In this document: positions 45,601-55,527 of the stretch, piece after piece | Numbering within the stretch: position 1 is the stretch's first letter | Layout: the number at the start of each line of letters is the position of its first letter | Origin: Eubacteriales bacterium | Lineage (GTDB): Bacteria > Bacillota > Clostridia > Oscillospirales > CAG-272 | Length of the DNA: 64,000 bases | NCBI GenBank assembly: GCA_045657485.1 | Contig: JAZOTE010000063.1 | Location: forward strand, 34,006-98,005 | Direction: 5' to 3' | The notes under the pieces: generated by a model | Told to the model about the DNA's origin: nothing | The model's database searches: none | Seen by the model: only the letters and a program-made list of their open reading frames with translations | Translations under genes and position numbers: made by a program

Positions 45601-48600
45601 ATGAAAAAGGCAATTATCGTATCGGCGTTTCTTATAATTTTAGGAACACTTTTTTGCGTCAGACCGTTGGCAGCTGACGGTGGCGAGTACATAATCAGCG
45701 GAGATGGCGACGCATGCACGCTTTATATCTATGCCGACGGTGTACCGGAAGCTGTATGTACCGGTCCGCTCGGAGAGCTGATTGGTAAAACGTCGGGAAA
45801 GAGGGTAACGCTCGACGGCGTGGTATCACGGGGCAGAGTAGATATTCCGGACGGAAGCTATACCGTCAGCGGTACTCTGACGAGCTACGGAGATATAACG
45901 GTGCCTGAGGGGGTTCAGCTTAATCTCATAAAAGCTTCGATCGTTTTCGCCGATGAATGCGGTATGCTGGTAAGGGGCGGAGAGGTATATTCGGATGCTT
46001 CGGAGATCAGCTCGGAGATGGGTGTTGCGATAACGCTTGATTATTCTACATTCTCACGCTTCGTTATGACTGACAGTACCGTTTGCTCCTCAAACGGCAG
46101 CGCGGCGCTGTGCGTGAAGAGCGGAGAGGCGAAGCTTCTCAACGGAGAGATAACGAACGGAGGAGGCCCGGCAATTTACACGGACTCCTATATTACTCTC
46201 GGAGCTAAGCTTTCTGGAGTGGGAGCTGATATAAGGACGAACAAGCCTATCCGTCTTCTACCAGACTATACTCCTGATTCAACGGTCAGAATAGCCTATA
46301 ACAGTAAATTTGAGAACGGTAGACTTACGGAGATCGTATACGGCGCTACAGGTTCAAGTATTAGCGGATTTACACTTACGGATGCGGATGGAAGGGCGGA
46401 GGAGCTAACTTATTTCAGCTCCCATAGCTCAACGTCCTCAGAAGATTTCCTTGCAGTATATAAGCCGTACAAGGTCAGAACGCATATAGGCGGCGTTATC
46501 AGCGAATCGGAGTATCTCTTTGGAGAGGCTTTATTACCTCCTTTTGCGCAGGCGCCGACGGGCTATAAACTGGCAGGATGGTATACCGACAGGGAATATA
46601 ACACCTCGCTTGCAGGCGATGCGCGCGTAACGGATAATATGGATATTTACGCGAAATTTACTTTGCTGCCGCCAAACTTTACCGCATCCACCTTGGAGTT
46701 CGTATACGACGGAGTGGAAAGACGGTTGGGGATAGAGAATCTATCCCATATTCTTGACGGTTCGGGAGGAATGTATAGCTTTGAGTGGGAGCTAAACGGA
46801 GAAACTGTAGGAAGAGGAAGCTTTATATCGGTCGGAAAGGTTAGGGACAGCGGAATTTACACTTGTAAAATAACCTACAGACACGGAATATCGGAGGTTA
46901 CGGTCACAGTTAACGATATTACGGTGTCGGTTCAGCCCGCGACTGTCACGATACCTACCTTGGATGAGCTTGAATATACGGGCAGTGATATTGTACCGTT
47001 TCTTCCTACCTCACCTCTTTACGAGGCTGAAATAACGTCGGCCGTTTCTGCAGGAACATACCCTGTGAGGCTCAGACTTACAGATCCTGAAAATTACAAT
47101 TTTTACGGTACGGAAGATGATGAGATAAACGTATATTACAGGGTAAAAAAAGGCGAAAATACTTGGCAGAAAGAGCTTTCTGTATATAATGTATACGAGG
47201 AAGTCGTACCGAATTTTGAAGCAATTTCAAAATTCGGAGAGGTAAAATACTTATATTCATCGGCTTGTGACGGAGCATATTCCGAAGTTATACCGACCGC
47301 CGCCGGAACGTATTACGTCATAGCGATCGTTGAGGAAACGAACGATTTTACGTCGCTCAGGTCTTCGCCACAGGAGTTCCGGATTCTTCCGGACGGCGTA
47401 GATCATATTCTTATATCCTCGATGCCGAATGTTACGGAATATCGTGCGTTCGATACCTTTATTCCCGACGGATTGAGCGTGATAGCATATTATCTGAGCG
47501 GCAGAAGCGAAACCGTAACCGCCGAAAGACTGTCGGTTTCTTATCAGCAGGGAGGCTCGTTTCTTTATGGAGATAACGCGGTATTCATTTCATATTTGGG
47601 CGCGCGTACGACTTGCAAAGTAGAGGTCGGACGAGCCGTGTATGACTTATCATCAATAAAGTTTGACTCCCGCGTTACTACCTATTCTTCCTCTTACCAG
47701 AGTATATCTCCTTCTCCCGATTATTTGGTTGGCTTGGATGGAATACCGCTTTATTTTAATTTATCCGGCGGAGGAATGAACGTTGGGGAATACGAAATAA
47801 CTTTGTCGTTTACTACGGACAGTCAGAATTATATCATTCCAAATTCTTTAACCGCAAAATTAACGATTGTGCCGTATACAGCAAAAATAACGTGGCAGAA
47901 TACAAATTTTGTGTATAACGGTAATATTCAATCCCCTCTGGCTTTATACGTGGACGTGCACGGAGCGATCCGTTACGCTATCGTCAGCGGCGGCGCAGTT
48001 GACGCAGGAGATAATTATACTGCGACAGCGGCTTCACCCGATCCGAATTATACTCTGACTGAATCCCAATGCGGCTTTTCTATAGCCAAAGCGGACTACG
48101 ACGTAAGCGGCGCTGTATGGAGCGATACAGAGCTTTCCTATACGGGCTCCCCTTTGTCCGTTTCGTTATCCGGACTTCCAAGCGGACTTTCGGTTATTGG
48201 TTACGTCGATGCGATAGGTACTGATTGCGGAGAATACATCGCGCGCGCAATTCTCTCCTATGACGAAACAAACTACAATTCGCCCCCAACGCTTACGCAT
48301 AAATGGCGCATTGCTCCTATTGAGTATGACGTAGGAGGGTACAGCTTTGATAACTCTCAATTTGTATATGATGGTAAGATTCATTATCCCGCTTTTTTCG
48401 GAGAGATGCCTGTCGGTATAGACGGTTACCCTCTTGGTTATAGCTTCTCCGGAGGCGCTACTCACGTTAGCGAAGGCAGGGTAGAGGTTACCGTAACGTT
48501 TAGTACGGAAAGTAAAAATTACGTCCTGCCTCTGCCGATAACTCTGTACGTTGAAATACTTCCTCTCGGTATAAACGTAAGCTGGATCGGAGATGAGTTC

Positions 48601-50664
48601 GTTTATTCGGGCTCACCGATTTCTCCTACAGCCTATTCTCCGTTTACCGAAATTGCAGTGTGGGGAGAAGCAGTAAACGCCGGAGAGCATCTCGCACTTT
48701 GCCGCTCCTTGAATACTGATTACTTCGTCCTAAACGCTGAGCATCCGTTTAAGGTAAAAAAAGCAAGCAATCGCTGGCTCGTTACACCGGGTATCACGGA
48801 TGTTTACGAGGGGCGGTTGCCGTTGCCCGTCGGCGAAGCCCTTTACGGTGCTCCGGAATATTCGTATTATTCCGATCCCGACTGCGCAAATCGGGTCGAA
48901 TCGTTCTCACCCGGCGTTTATTACGCGATAGCCTCCGTCGGAGAAAGCGAGAATTATCTCCCCCTTCTTTCAAAGCCTATCAGCTTTCAGGTAATTGAGG
49001 TCGTTCCCGTAAAGCTCGTTGCCGTCTTGCTTGCAGAACGTCTTACCGCGTTTTCCTGCGTAGAGGATTCGGATATCAGCCTTAGCTTGCGTTATAACGA
49101 CGGTTCAAGCTACGGTATTCCGCTAAGTGAAGCTACGGTTTCTTATCAGTCGGCAGATAGCTTGCGCCGCTTCGATACCGGGGTGAGCTTTTCTTACGGC
49201 GGATTTTCCGTGGAGCTTCCTCTCACCGTTGAATACGCGCAGTACGATCTGTCCGCTGCACGCTGGTCGCAGGATGTTTTCATATACGATTCTCTTCCAA
49301 AGCTTCCCGAACTTTCAGGCTTACCTGTCGGAGTCAGCGTTAAGGGATATTCCATATCACCGGTTACTAATGCGGGAGTATATTCGGTTAAAGCCTATCT
49401 TTCCTATGACAGCGAGAATTATCTCGAACCGCAGCTGCCGGCGTATAGCTTTAAGGTATTACCGTGCAGCGTTCCGATTCCGAAAATAGATGGCAGGGAA
49501 TACGACGGAAACTATTACATTCCGCAGTCACCGTCCTATCTTTACACCTACAGTGAGATAGTACCGGAAAGATTTGTCGGGGAATACTATCTTCTCGCCG
49601 GTCTATGCGATCCCGTTAACTACGTTTTCGAGGACGGTACGGTGGCGCAGTCGGTTTGCTACAGCATAACGCCACGCACCCTATACTTCACAGTATCGGA
49701 TTTTGATCTGTATTTATGGGAAACGGAGATAAAGCCTCAATTCATAATGTCGGGCGGCGAGGTGATAGAGGGCGATGACCTTATGCTGAGCGCGCAGGTG
49801 CTTGACGGAGTGATAACGCTAAGGACGGAAAACCCAAACTATAGGCTGTCAGTTAGCGAGGGCAGGGTGAACAGTCTTGGGTATCCATCTCCGGAAGTAA
49901 CCGCGATAATCATTATAACGGTGCTTTTGCTTCTCGCGTTTACACTTTTTGCTATCGTACTGTATTCGGAACGGGAGCGCATACTTGATTTCATTGCCAT
50001 TGTTCGTTACAGATGCTCCGGTAAAAAGCGTTTATCGGAGGTTCGCGTGGGAGATGCCTGCATCGGAAAATCTCTTGGCAATGTATCAGTCTGCGAGGAG
50101 GATTCAGAACCTGCGGATACGGAATATTGCCCTGAAGCTCCTCTTTACGACGACTCAACGGATGACTCGGAGTGCGTAGATACAGAAAATGATACAAATA
50201 ACAGTGAACGGAAAAATGATGGATATGAGGATGACCGAAAAGAAGAGTGTTCGCTTATCGACGGCAGTATCCTGGAGGAAATAGAATCGGTCGATTCCGA
50301 ACGGGCGGACGTTCTTATTACCGACTCTCTGGCAAAAAATCTCCTGAAGCGAAGGAGAGAGATCGTCTTTACTGACGGTGACGGTAGATCGGTAATAAAC
50401 GTCGATACCCTGAGCCGCAATTTCAGTCGGGGCGACAGAGTAGACGTTAACGTATTAAAAGAAAGATGTCTTATACCCTACGACACTGCCTATCTTAAAG
50501 TTCTCGCCAGAGGCGCTCTGGATAAAGCTCTCTCCGTATACGCCAACGATTTCAGCCTATCCGCAGTAAAGATGATAGCTCTGACCGGAGGGGAGTCCGT
50601 GCGCGTAATTACGCGCAAACCGAAAGCAAATGACGAAAAAGTTAAAAATACGCATAAAAATTAG
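45601..50664 (+). CDS. 1,687-aa type-I membrane surface protein: signal peptide, beta-helix-like region, Listeria-Bacteroides-type repeat, at least 8 MBG/Ig-like repeats, one TM helix, acidic cytoplasmic linker, uL15-like C-terminal domain
   Basis: Signal peptide MKKAIIVSAFLIILGTLFCVRPLAA. GYKLAGWYTDREYNTSL...DIYAKF. Recurrent modules (F/Y)xY(D/N/T/S)G...P...(A/V)G.Y...NY. TM helix VTAIIIITVLLLLAFTLFAIVLY (49897-49965). The tail VINVDTLSRNFSRGDRVDVNVLKERCLIPYDTAYLKVLARGALDKALSVYANDFSLSAVKMIALTGG aligns by eye to the bacterial uL15 C-terminal half. Confidence 0.85.
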   Translation: MKKAIIVSAFLIILGTLFCVRPLAADGGEYIISGDGDACTLYIYADGVPEAVCTGPLGELIGKTSGKRVTLDGVVSRGRVDIPDGSYTVSGTLTSYGDITVPEGVQLNLIKASIVFADECGMLVRGGEVYSDASEISSEMGVAITLDYSTFSRFVMTDSTVCSSNGSAALCVKSGEAKLLNGEITNGGGPAIYTDSYITLGAKLSGVGADIRTNKPIRLLPDYTPDSTVRIAYNSKFENGRLTEIVYGATGSSISGFTLTDADGRAEELTYFSSHSSTSSEDFLAVYKPYKVRTHIGGVISESEYLFGEALLPPFAQAPTGYKLAGWYTDREYNTSLAGDARVTDNMDIYAKFTLLPPNFTASTLEFVYDGVERRLGIENLSHILDGSGGMYSFEWELNGETVGRGSFISVGKVRDSGIYTCKITYRHGISEVTVTVNDITVSVQPATVTIPTLDELEYTGSDIVPFLPTSPLYEAEITSAVSAGTYPVRLRLTDPENYNFYGTEDDEINVYYRVKKGENTWQKELSVYNVYEEVVPNFEAISKFGEVKYLYSSACDGAYSEVIPTAAGTYYVIAIVEETNDFTSLRSSPQEFRILPDGVDHILISSMPNVTEYRAFDTFIPDGLSVIAYYLSGRSETVTAERLSVSYQQGGSFLYGDNAVFISYLGARTTCKVEVGRAVYDLSSIKFDSRVTTYSSSYQSISPSPDYLVGLDGIPLYFNLSGGGMNVGEYEITLSFTTDSQNYIIPNSLTAKLTIVPYTAKITWQNTNFVYNGNIQSPLALYVDVHGAIRYAIVSGGAVDAGDNYTATAASPDPNYTLTESQCGFSIAKADYDVSGAVWSDTELSYTGSPLSVSLSGLPSGLSVIGYVDAIGTDCGEYIARAILSYDETNYNSPPTLTHKWRIAPIEYDVGGYSFDNSQFVYDGKIHYPAFFGEMPVGIDGYPLGYSFSGGATHVSEGRVEVTVTFSTESKNYVLPLPITLYVEILPLGINVSWIGDEFVYSGSPISPTAYSPFTEIAVWGEAVNAGEHLALCRSLNTDYFVLNAEHPFKVKKASNRWLVTPGITDVYEGRLPLPVGEALYGAPEYSYYSDPDCANRVESFSPGVYYAIASVGESENYLPLLSKPISFQVIEVVPVKLVAVLLAERLTAFSCVEDSDISLSLRYNDGSSYGIPLSEATVSYQSADSLRRFDTGVSFSYGGFSVELPLTVEYAQYDLSAARWSQDVFIYDSLPKLPELSGLPVGVSVKGYSISPVTNAGVYSVKAYLSYDSENYLEPQLPAYSFKVLPCSVPIPKIDGREYDGNYYIPQSPSYLYTYSEIVPERFVGEYYLLAGLCDPVNYVFEDGTVAQSVCYSITPRTLYFTVSDFDLYLWETEIKPQFIMSGGEVIEGDDLMLSAQVLDGVITLRTENPNYRLSVSEGRVNSLGYPSPEVTAIIIITVLLLLAFTLFAIVLYSERERILDFIAIVRYRCSGKKRLSEVRVGDACIGKSLGNVSVCEEDSEPADTEYCPEAPLYDDSTDDSECVDTENDTNNSERKNDGYEDDRKEECSLIDGSILEEIESVDSERADVLITDSLAKNLLKRRREIVFTDGDGRSVINVDTLSRNFSRGDRVDVNVLKERCLIPYDTAYLKVLARGALDKALSVYANDFSLSAVKMIALTGGESVRVITRKPKANDEKVKNTHKN

Positions 50665-50674
50665 CAGATAAACC

Positions 50675-50703
50675 TTGAAAAAAACAAAGTAATGTGCTAC
50701 AAT
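50675..50703 (+). promoter_or_regulatory. sigmaA promoter for ECF S-component gene
   Basis: TTGAAA-17 nt-TACAAT, with TGc directly upstream of the -10 (extended -10). Confidence 0.7.
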
Positions 50704-50754
50704 AGGGATGAATAGCAATTTATTTGTGATTAATATTTTTCCAGAGGTCTTACA

Positions 50755-51297
50755 ATGAGAAACAGCTCGATTAAAAGCGTTAATGTTGAAAAGCTTGTAT
50801 ACGCAGCGGTGCTCACCGCATTGGTGGTTGTTCTGCAGTTCATTCCTATTAGATTCGGTACCTTCGAGCTCGCTTTGTCTGTTCCGATCATTGTTGTAGG
50901 AGCGGCGATATGCGGAGCTACGGTCGGCGCTTGGCTTGGCTTTGTATTCGGTTTCGTTGTTTTGTTTCTTCCCGGCACGGCGTTATATATGGGCATCGAC
51001 GTGTTTGGTACTATCGTCACGGTTCTCGCTAAGGGCGTTCTCGCCGGTCTTCTTTCGGGACTTGCCTACAGGGTAGCAGTCGGCACTAACAGATACGTGG
51101 CGTGTTTTATAGCCGCTATAATCGCAACAGTCGTTAATACCGCGGTATTCATCTTAGGCTCGTATATATTCTTTGATCAAAACATCTTCGAGCTTTTAAA
51201 ATATTTGATTAGCATCAATTTCGCTATTGAGCTTGTTGCTAACGTCGTGCTCGTCCCCACAATTTACCGTATAATTAGCATTAAGAGGAAAATTTGA
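50755..51297 (+). CDS. ECF-transporter substrate-specific (S) component-like membrane protein, substrate unknown
   Basis: 180 aa, ~6 TM helices, N-terminal pattern KLVYAAVLTALVVVLQF typical of ECF S components. No EcfA/T genes nearby. Confidence 0.65.
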   Translation: MRNSSIKSVNVEKLVYAAVLTALVVVLQFIPIRFGTFELALSVPIIVVGAAICGATVGAWLGFVFGFVVLFLPGTALYMGIDVFGTIVTVLAKGVLAGLLSGLAYRVAVGTNRYVACFIAAIIATVVNTAVFILGSYIFFDQNIFELLKYLISINFAIELVANVVLVPTIYRIISIKRKI

Positions 51298-51350
51298 ATG
51301 ATAGGGCTACTCTTCAAGGTAGCCCTTCGTCTTTAGTGACGGTGTGAAAA

Positions 51351-52025
51351 ATGTTGGAAATAGTATACAAATCTAAAAACGCAGTGGTCATCAATAAACC
51401 CGTGGGAATATCCTCTCAACCGGACCGTAGCGGAGCAAAGGATGCTATGACCGCTCTTTCGGAGCTCCTTTTTTCTATCGGTGAGAACGGTACTCTTTAT
51501 CCCGTGCACCGCCTTGACAACGTTGTTGGCGGTCTTATCCTATACGCCAGAAACAGAAGCGCGGCGGCAGAGCTGTCATCTCTCGTTAAAGAGCTTGGAA
51601 TAGGCAAGGAGTATTACGCCGTAATAGAAGGTAGTCTTCAGGACGGTGATTATACCGATCATCTGGTAAAGGACGCTGCAGGGAACAGGGCGAGAGTGTC
51701 CGACCCATTGGACAAAAGCGCCAAGCTTGCATCCCTCACGCTTGTGTCGCTGTCCACCGTAGAAACGAAAAGAGGCGTTCGCTCTCTCGTGAAAATAAAA
51801 CTCCATACAGGCAGATTTCATCAGATCAGAGCGCAGATGTCATCACGCGGCGCTGCAATTTGCGGCGACTCGAAATACGGAAGCCGCGATTTTTTGACCA
51901 GAACTCCCGCATTGTTTTCCTGCTCCTTATCAGCAGAGGCATTGGGTGAAAAAATATCCCTGAGGGCATATCCGGATATTACGAAATATCCTTGGAATTT
52001 ATTTTCTGCCGAGAATTATATATAG
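51351..52025 (+). CDS. RluA-family pseudouridine synthase (no S4 domain)
   Basis: 224 aa with the catalytic HRLD motif (LYPVHRLDNVVGGLIL) and HTGRFHQIRAQM. Confidence 0.88.
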   Translation: MLEIVYKSKNAVVINKPVGISSQPDRSGAKDAMTALSELLFSIGENGTLYPVHRLDNVVGGLILYARNRSAAAELSSLVKELGIGKEYYAVIEGSLQDGDYTDHLVKDAAGNRARVSDPLDKSAKLASLTLVSLSTVETKRGVRSLVKIKLHTGRFHQIRAQMSSRGAAICGDSKYGSRDFLTRTPALFSCSLSAEALGEKISLRAYPDITKYPWNLFSAENYI

Positions 52026-52046
52026 AATTTACCGAAAGGCGACGAA

Positions 52047-53186
52047 ATGACCGAGAAACTTTATTATCAGGATCAATATATCAGTGAGTTTTCCGCAACC
52101 GTTATATCCTCTGTGAGCTGCGAGGGCGGATACGACACCGTCCTTGACCGTACCGCGTTCTTTCCGGAGGAGGGAGGACAGAGCTCGGATACGGGATACA
52201 TAGCTGGAGCCCGCGTTTTCTACGTTTACGAAAAGGACGGGGAAATACATCATGTAACTGACGCCGCTCTTTCGGGCGAGGTGTTATGTAAGCTTGATTT
52301 CGCTTCAAGATTTGATAAAATGCAGTGCCACACCGCCGAGCATATTCTGTGCGGAATTATCCATTCTCTCTTTGGACTTGATAACGTCGGCTTCCATCTC
52401 GGCGACGACGAGGTGACCTTTGACATAAGCGCGCCCCTTGAACGAGAGGAGCTTAACAGAGTGGAGCGCCTTGCTAACGAGGCAGTATTCCGCAACGTTT
52501 CGGTCAAGGCTTATTTCCCATCCTCCGATGAGCTTTCTTCGATCAAATACAGATCAAAGCTCGATCTTACCGACGGCGTGCGCCTCGTGGAAATAGACGG
52601 AGTAGACGTCTGCGCCTGCTGCGCGCCTCACGTTTCCCGAACGGGTGAGATAGGACTTATAAAAATACTCGAATCGATGAAGCACAGAGGCGGTATGCGC
52701 ATATGGATCGTCGCCGGCTCTCGCGCTCTTGCTGATTACAACGAAAAGTATAGAAATATTCGTGAGATATCCGCGGCTCTTTCCGCTCCGCAGCACGAAA
52801 CCGCCGATGCGCTCACTGCTTATATGCAGGACGCGGAGCAGGTCAAATACCGTTTAAAGCTTGCGCGCCGTCAGCTTGCGGAGGCAATGGCTGATGCTAT
52901 CCCGTCAACCGACGGAAACGCGCTGTACTTCTTTGACGGCTTTTCCATCGACGATCTACGCTCCTTCGCAAACGCCGCTACGGCCAAGGTCGGCGGTTCG
53001 TTGATATCTCTCGGCGGTACCGAGGGAGATTATAAGTACGTCATAACCTCAAACAGCTCTGATCTTTCTTTGGAGATAAAGTCTGCAAACGCGGCTCTCG
53101 GAGGTAAGGGTGGAGGTAAACCGAACGCGGTTCAAGGTTCTTTCTCGGCTTCTCTTGATGCTATAAAAGCATATTTCCACCTGTAA
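52047..53186 (+). CDS. alaX: alanyl-tRNA editing protein (AlaX-L type: editing domain + DHHA1)
   Basis: 379 aa with HTAEHIL, the CCAPHV zinc motifs, and C-terminal GGKGGGKPNAVQG typical of the AlaRS C-terminal/DHHA1 domain. Confidence 0.82.
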   Translation: MTEKLYYQDQYISEFSATVISSVSCEGGYDTVLDRTAFFPEEGGQSSDTGYIAGARVFYVYEKDGEIHHVTDAALSGEVLCKLDFASRFDKMQCHTAEHILCGIIHSLFGLDNVGFHLGDDEVTFDISAPLEREELNRVERLANEAVFRNVSVKAYFPSSDELSSIKYRSKLDLTDGVRLVEIDGVDVCACCAPHVSRTGEIGLIKILESMKHRGGMRIWIVAGSRALADYNEKYRNIREISAALSAPQHETADALTAYMQDAEQVKYRLKLARRQLAEAMADAIPSTDGNALYFFDGFSIDDLRSFANAATAKVGGSLISLGGTEGDYKYVITSNSSDLSLEIKSANAALGGKGGGKPNAVQGSFSASLDAIKAYFHL

Positions 53187-53211
53187 AAGCTAGATTAACA
53201 AAGCTTCAATC

Positions 53212-53256
53212 ATCGGATGCTGCTTGCCGCGAGGCTCGGAGCATTCGATTTTTTTG
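53212..53256 (+). terminator. rho-independent terminator after alaX
   Basis: ATCGGATGCT-18 nt-AGCATTCGAT (one G-U pair) followed by TTTTTTTG. Confidence 0.8.
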
Positions 53257-53414
53257 TATTATTACTTCTTGTCGAGAGTCCGCACGGCTCCATTTTTAAG
53301 CATTAAGAGCGAGCTCGGAAATCGGCTGAGAGGCAAATTAAATAAAATCGCAATAAAAATTTAGCAAATTTATCTAAATATATCCAAAAATATTTACATT
53401 TTTTTGCTTTTCGC

Positions 53415-53444
53415 TTGACAATGCTTGGAAAGAAGTGCTATTAT
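53415..53444 (+). promoter_or_regulatory. sigmaA promoter for malic-enzyme gene (and possibly the downstream operon)
   Basis: TTGACA-18 nt-TATTAT, preceded by an A/T-rich UP-like tract. Confidence 0.65.
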
Positions 53445-53509
53445 ATTATTCGGGTAAATTTTTACTAAAATTATTTTATTTTAGATCGTTACGATTTAAG
53501 GAGGAAAAT

Positions 53510-54679
53510 ATGGATATCAAACAGGAAGCCTTGAAAAAGCATAAGGAGTGGGGAGGAAAAATTGAAGTTATTTCCAGAGCCCCCCTCGCAAACTCGCAGG
53601 ATTTGTCCCTTGCGTACACTCCCGGTGTCGCAGAGCCTTGCCTTGAGATACAGAAGGATATATCGAAGTCCTTTGAGCTTACAAGACGTCATAATCTCGT
53701 TGCTGTAATAACAGACGGATCGGCTGTTTTGGGACTTGGTGATATAGGTCCGGAGGCAGGTATGCCCGTTATGGAGGGAAAGTGCGCGCTCTTCAAGTCG
53801 TTCGCTGACGTTGACGCCTTTCCGCTTTGTATAAAAACTCAGGACGTTGATGAGTTCGTCAGAACCGTTTATCTTCTTTCCGGCAGCTTCGGCGGAATCA
53901 ACCTTGAGGATATTGCCGCTCCCAGATGCTTCGAGATAGAAACCAGGTTAAGACAGCTTTGCGATATACCAGTATTCCACGATGACCAGTACGGAACGGC
54001 TATAGTCGTTGCCGCGGCAATGCTGAATGCGCTTAAGGTCGTTAAAAAGGATATTTCGAAGATAAAGGTTGTTATTAACGGCGCGGGCAGCGCCGGAACC
54101 GCGATCGGCAATCATATTATGAAGCTCGGTGTTAAAAATCTCGTTATGGTTGACCGATTTGGTATTATTTGCGAGGGAATGGATCTCAGTCCCGCCCACG
54201 CAGAGCTTGCGAAGAAAACTAATCCGGAGCATCTGATGGGTACTCTTGCCGACGCTATGAAGGGCGCGGACGTGCTTATCGGTGTTTCCGCTCCTAAGAT
54301 CGTTTCTAAGGAAATGGTCAGCACGATGGCAAAGGATGCTATCGTATTCGCAATGGCAAATCCCGTTCCCGAAATATTCCCCGACGAAGCTAAGGAGGGC
54401 GGCGCTGTAGTCGTTGGCACGGGACGTTCCGACTATCCTAACCAGATAAACAACGTTCTCGCTTTCCCTGGAATCTTCAGAGGAGCTCTTGACGTTCGCG
54501 CAAGCGATATAAATGATGAGATGAAGATGGCTGCGTCTTACGCTATAGCCGGACTCGTTTCGGATGATGAGCTTAATGCGAATTACATTATGCCCACCGC
54601 TTTTGATAAGAGAGTCGGTCCCGCGGTTGCAAGCGCAGTTGCGGAGGCAGCGAGAAAAAGCGGCGTTGCGAGAAAGTAA
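53510..54679 (+). CDS. NAD(P)-dependent malic enzyme (short, YtsJ/MaeA-like)
   Basis: 389 aa from ATG 53510 (AAGGAGGA RBS) with LAYTPGVAEPC, TDGSAVLGLGDIG, FGGINLEDI, GAGSAGTAI and NNVLAFPGIFRGALD. Confidence 0.92.
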   Translation: MDIKQEALKKHKEWGGKIEVISRAPLANSQDLSLAYTPGVAEPCLEIQKDISKSFELTRRHNLVAVITDGSAVLGLGDIGPEAGMPVMEGKCALFKSFADVDAFPLCIKTQDVDEFVRTVYLLSGSFGGINLEDIAAPRCFEIETRLRQLCDIPVFHDDQYGTAIVVAAAMLNALKVVKKDISKIKVVINGAGSAGTAIGNHIMKLGVKNLVMVDRFGIICEGMDLSPAHAELAKKTNPEHLMGTLADAMKGADVLIGVSAPKIVSKEMVSTMAKDAIVFAMANPVPEIFPDEAKEGGAVVVGTGRSDYPNQINNVLAFPGIFRGALDVRASDINDEMKMAASYAIAGLVSDDELNANYIMPTAFDKRVGPAVASAVAEAARKSGVARK

Positions 54680-54758
54680 TCTATTTTAGCTGACAAATCT
54701 GTGTTCAAGCAGGTTTTTGGACACAACATACTCAAAATTTGATTTTAGGAGAACAGAT

Positions 54759-55517
54759 ATGATAAGCAAGAAGGTAGTAAAATTACCGGTAAAGATATTC
54801 GATAACCGCGCAGACATGGGTGTAGAGGCGGCAAAAGACGCTGCGAAAATTATCAATGACACTATAGCGAAAAACGGTGTTGCAAACGTTGTTTTTGCGG
54901 CTGCTCCATCTCAGAACGATTTGCTTGAGAATTTGCTGAAGGAGGATATAGACTGGACTAAGGTCAGAGGCTTCCACCAGGATGAGTATATCGGAATCGA
55001 TGCGAGCGAGCCTGCCGGATTCGGTAATTTCCTTAACAGAGCTATTTTTGAAAAGGTTAAATTCAAGGAGCTCCACTATCTTCTTTGCAAGGCTGATGAG
55101 GCAGAGGAGAAGTGCGCCGAATACACAGACCTTCTGAAAAATTATCCTATCGATCTGATTTTCCTTGGCATAGGCGAAAACGGTCATCTTGCCTTTAACG
55201 ATCCTGCCGTTGCGGACTTTAACGATCCGAAGACGGTCAAGATCGTGGAGCTTGATGACGTTTGCCGTCAGCAGCAGGTTAACGACGGATGCTTTGCAAC
55301 GCTTAACGACGTTCCCAAGCAGGCTATGAGCCTTACTATGTCTTACATTATGTCGGTTCCTCACGCGATCTGCGTAGTACCCACGGTTCGTAAGGCGAAC
55401 GCTGTTTACAACGCTCTTACGGGACCTGTTACGACTGCTTGTCCCGCCAGCATTCTGAGAGAGCATAACGATGCTGTTTTGTATCTCGACAAAGACAGTG
55501 CGTCAAAAATAATTTAA
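54759..55517 (+). CDS. glucosamine-6-phosphate deaminase / 6-phosphogluconolactonase-family protein (NagB-like)
   Basis: 252 aa from ATG 54759, with FHQDEY and LGIGENGHLAFNDP (NagB GxGxNGHxAFNEP-like). Confidence 0.8.
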   Translation: MISKKVVKLPVKIFDNRADMGVEAAKDAAKIINDTIAKNGVANVVFAAAPSQNDLLENLLKEDIDWTKVRGFHQDEYIGIDASEPAGFGNFLNRAIFEKVKFKELHYLLCKADEAEEKCAEYTDLLKNYPIDLIFLGIGENGHLAFNDPAVADFNDPKTVKIVELDDVCRQQQVNDGCFATLNDVPKQAMSLTMSYIMSVPHAICVVPTVRKANAVYNALTGPVTTACPASILREHNDAVLYLDKDSASKII

Positions 55518-55527
55518 GAGGTAGTCT

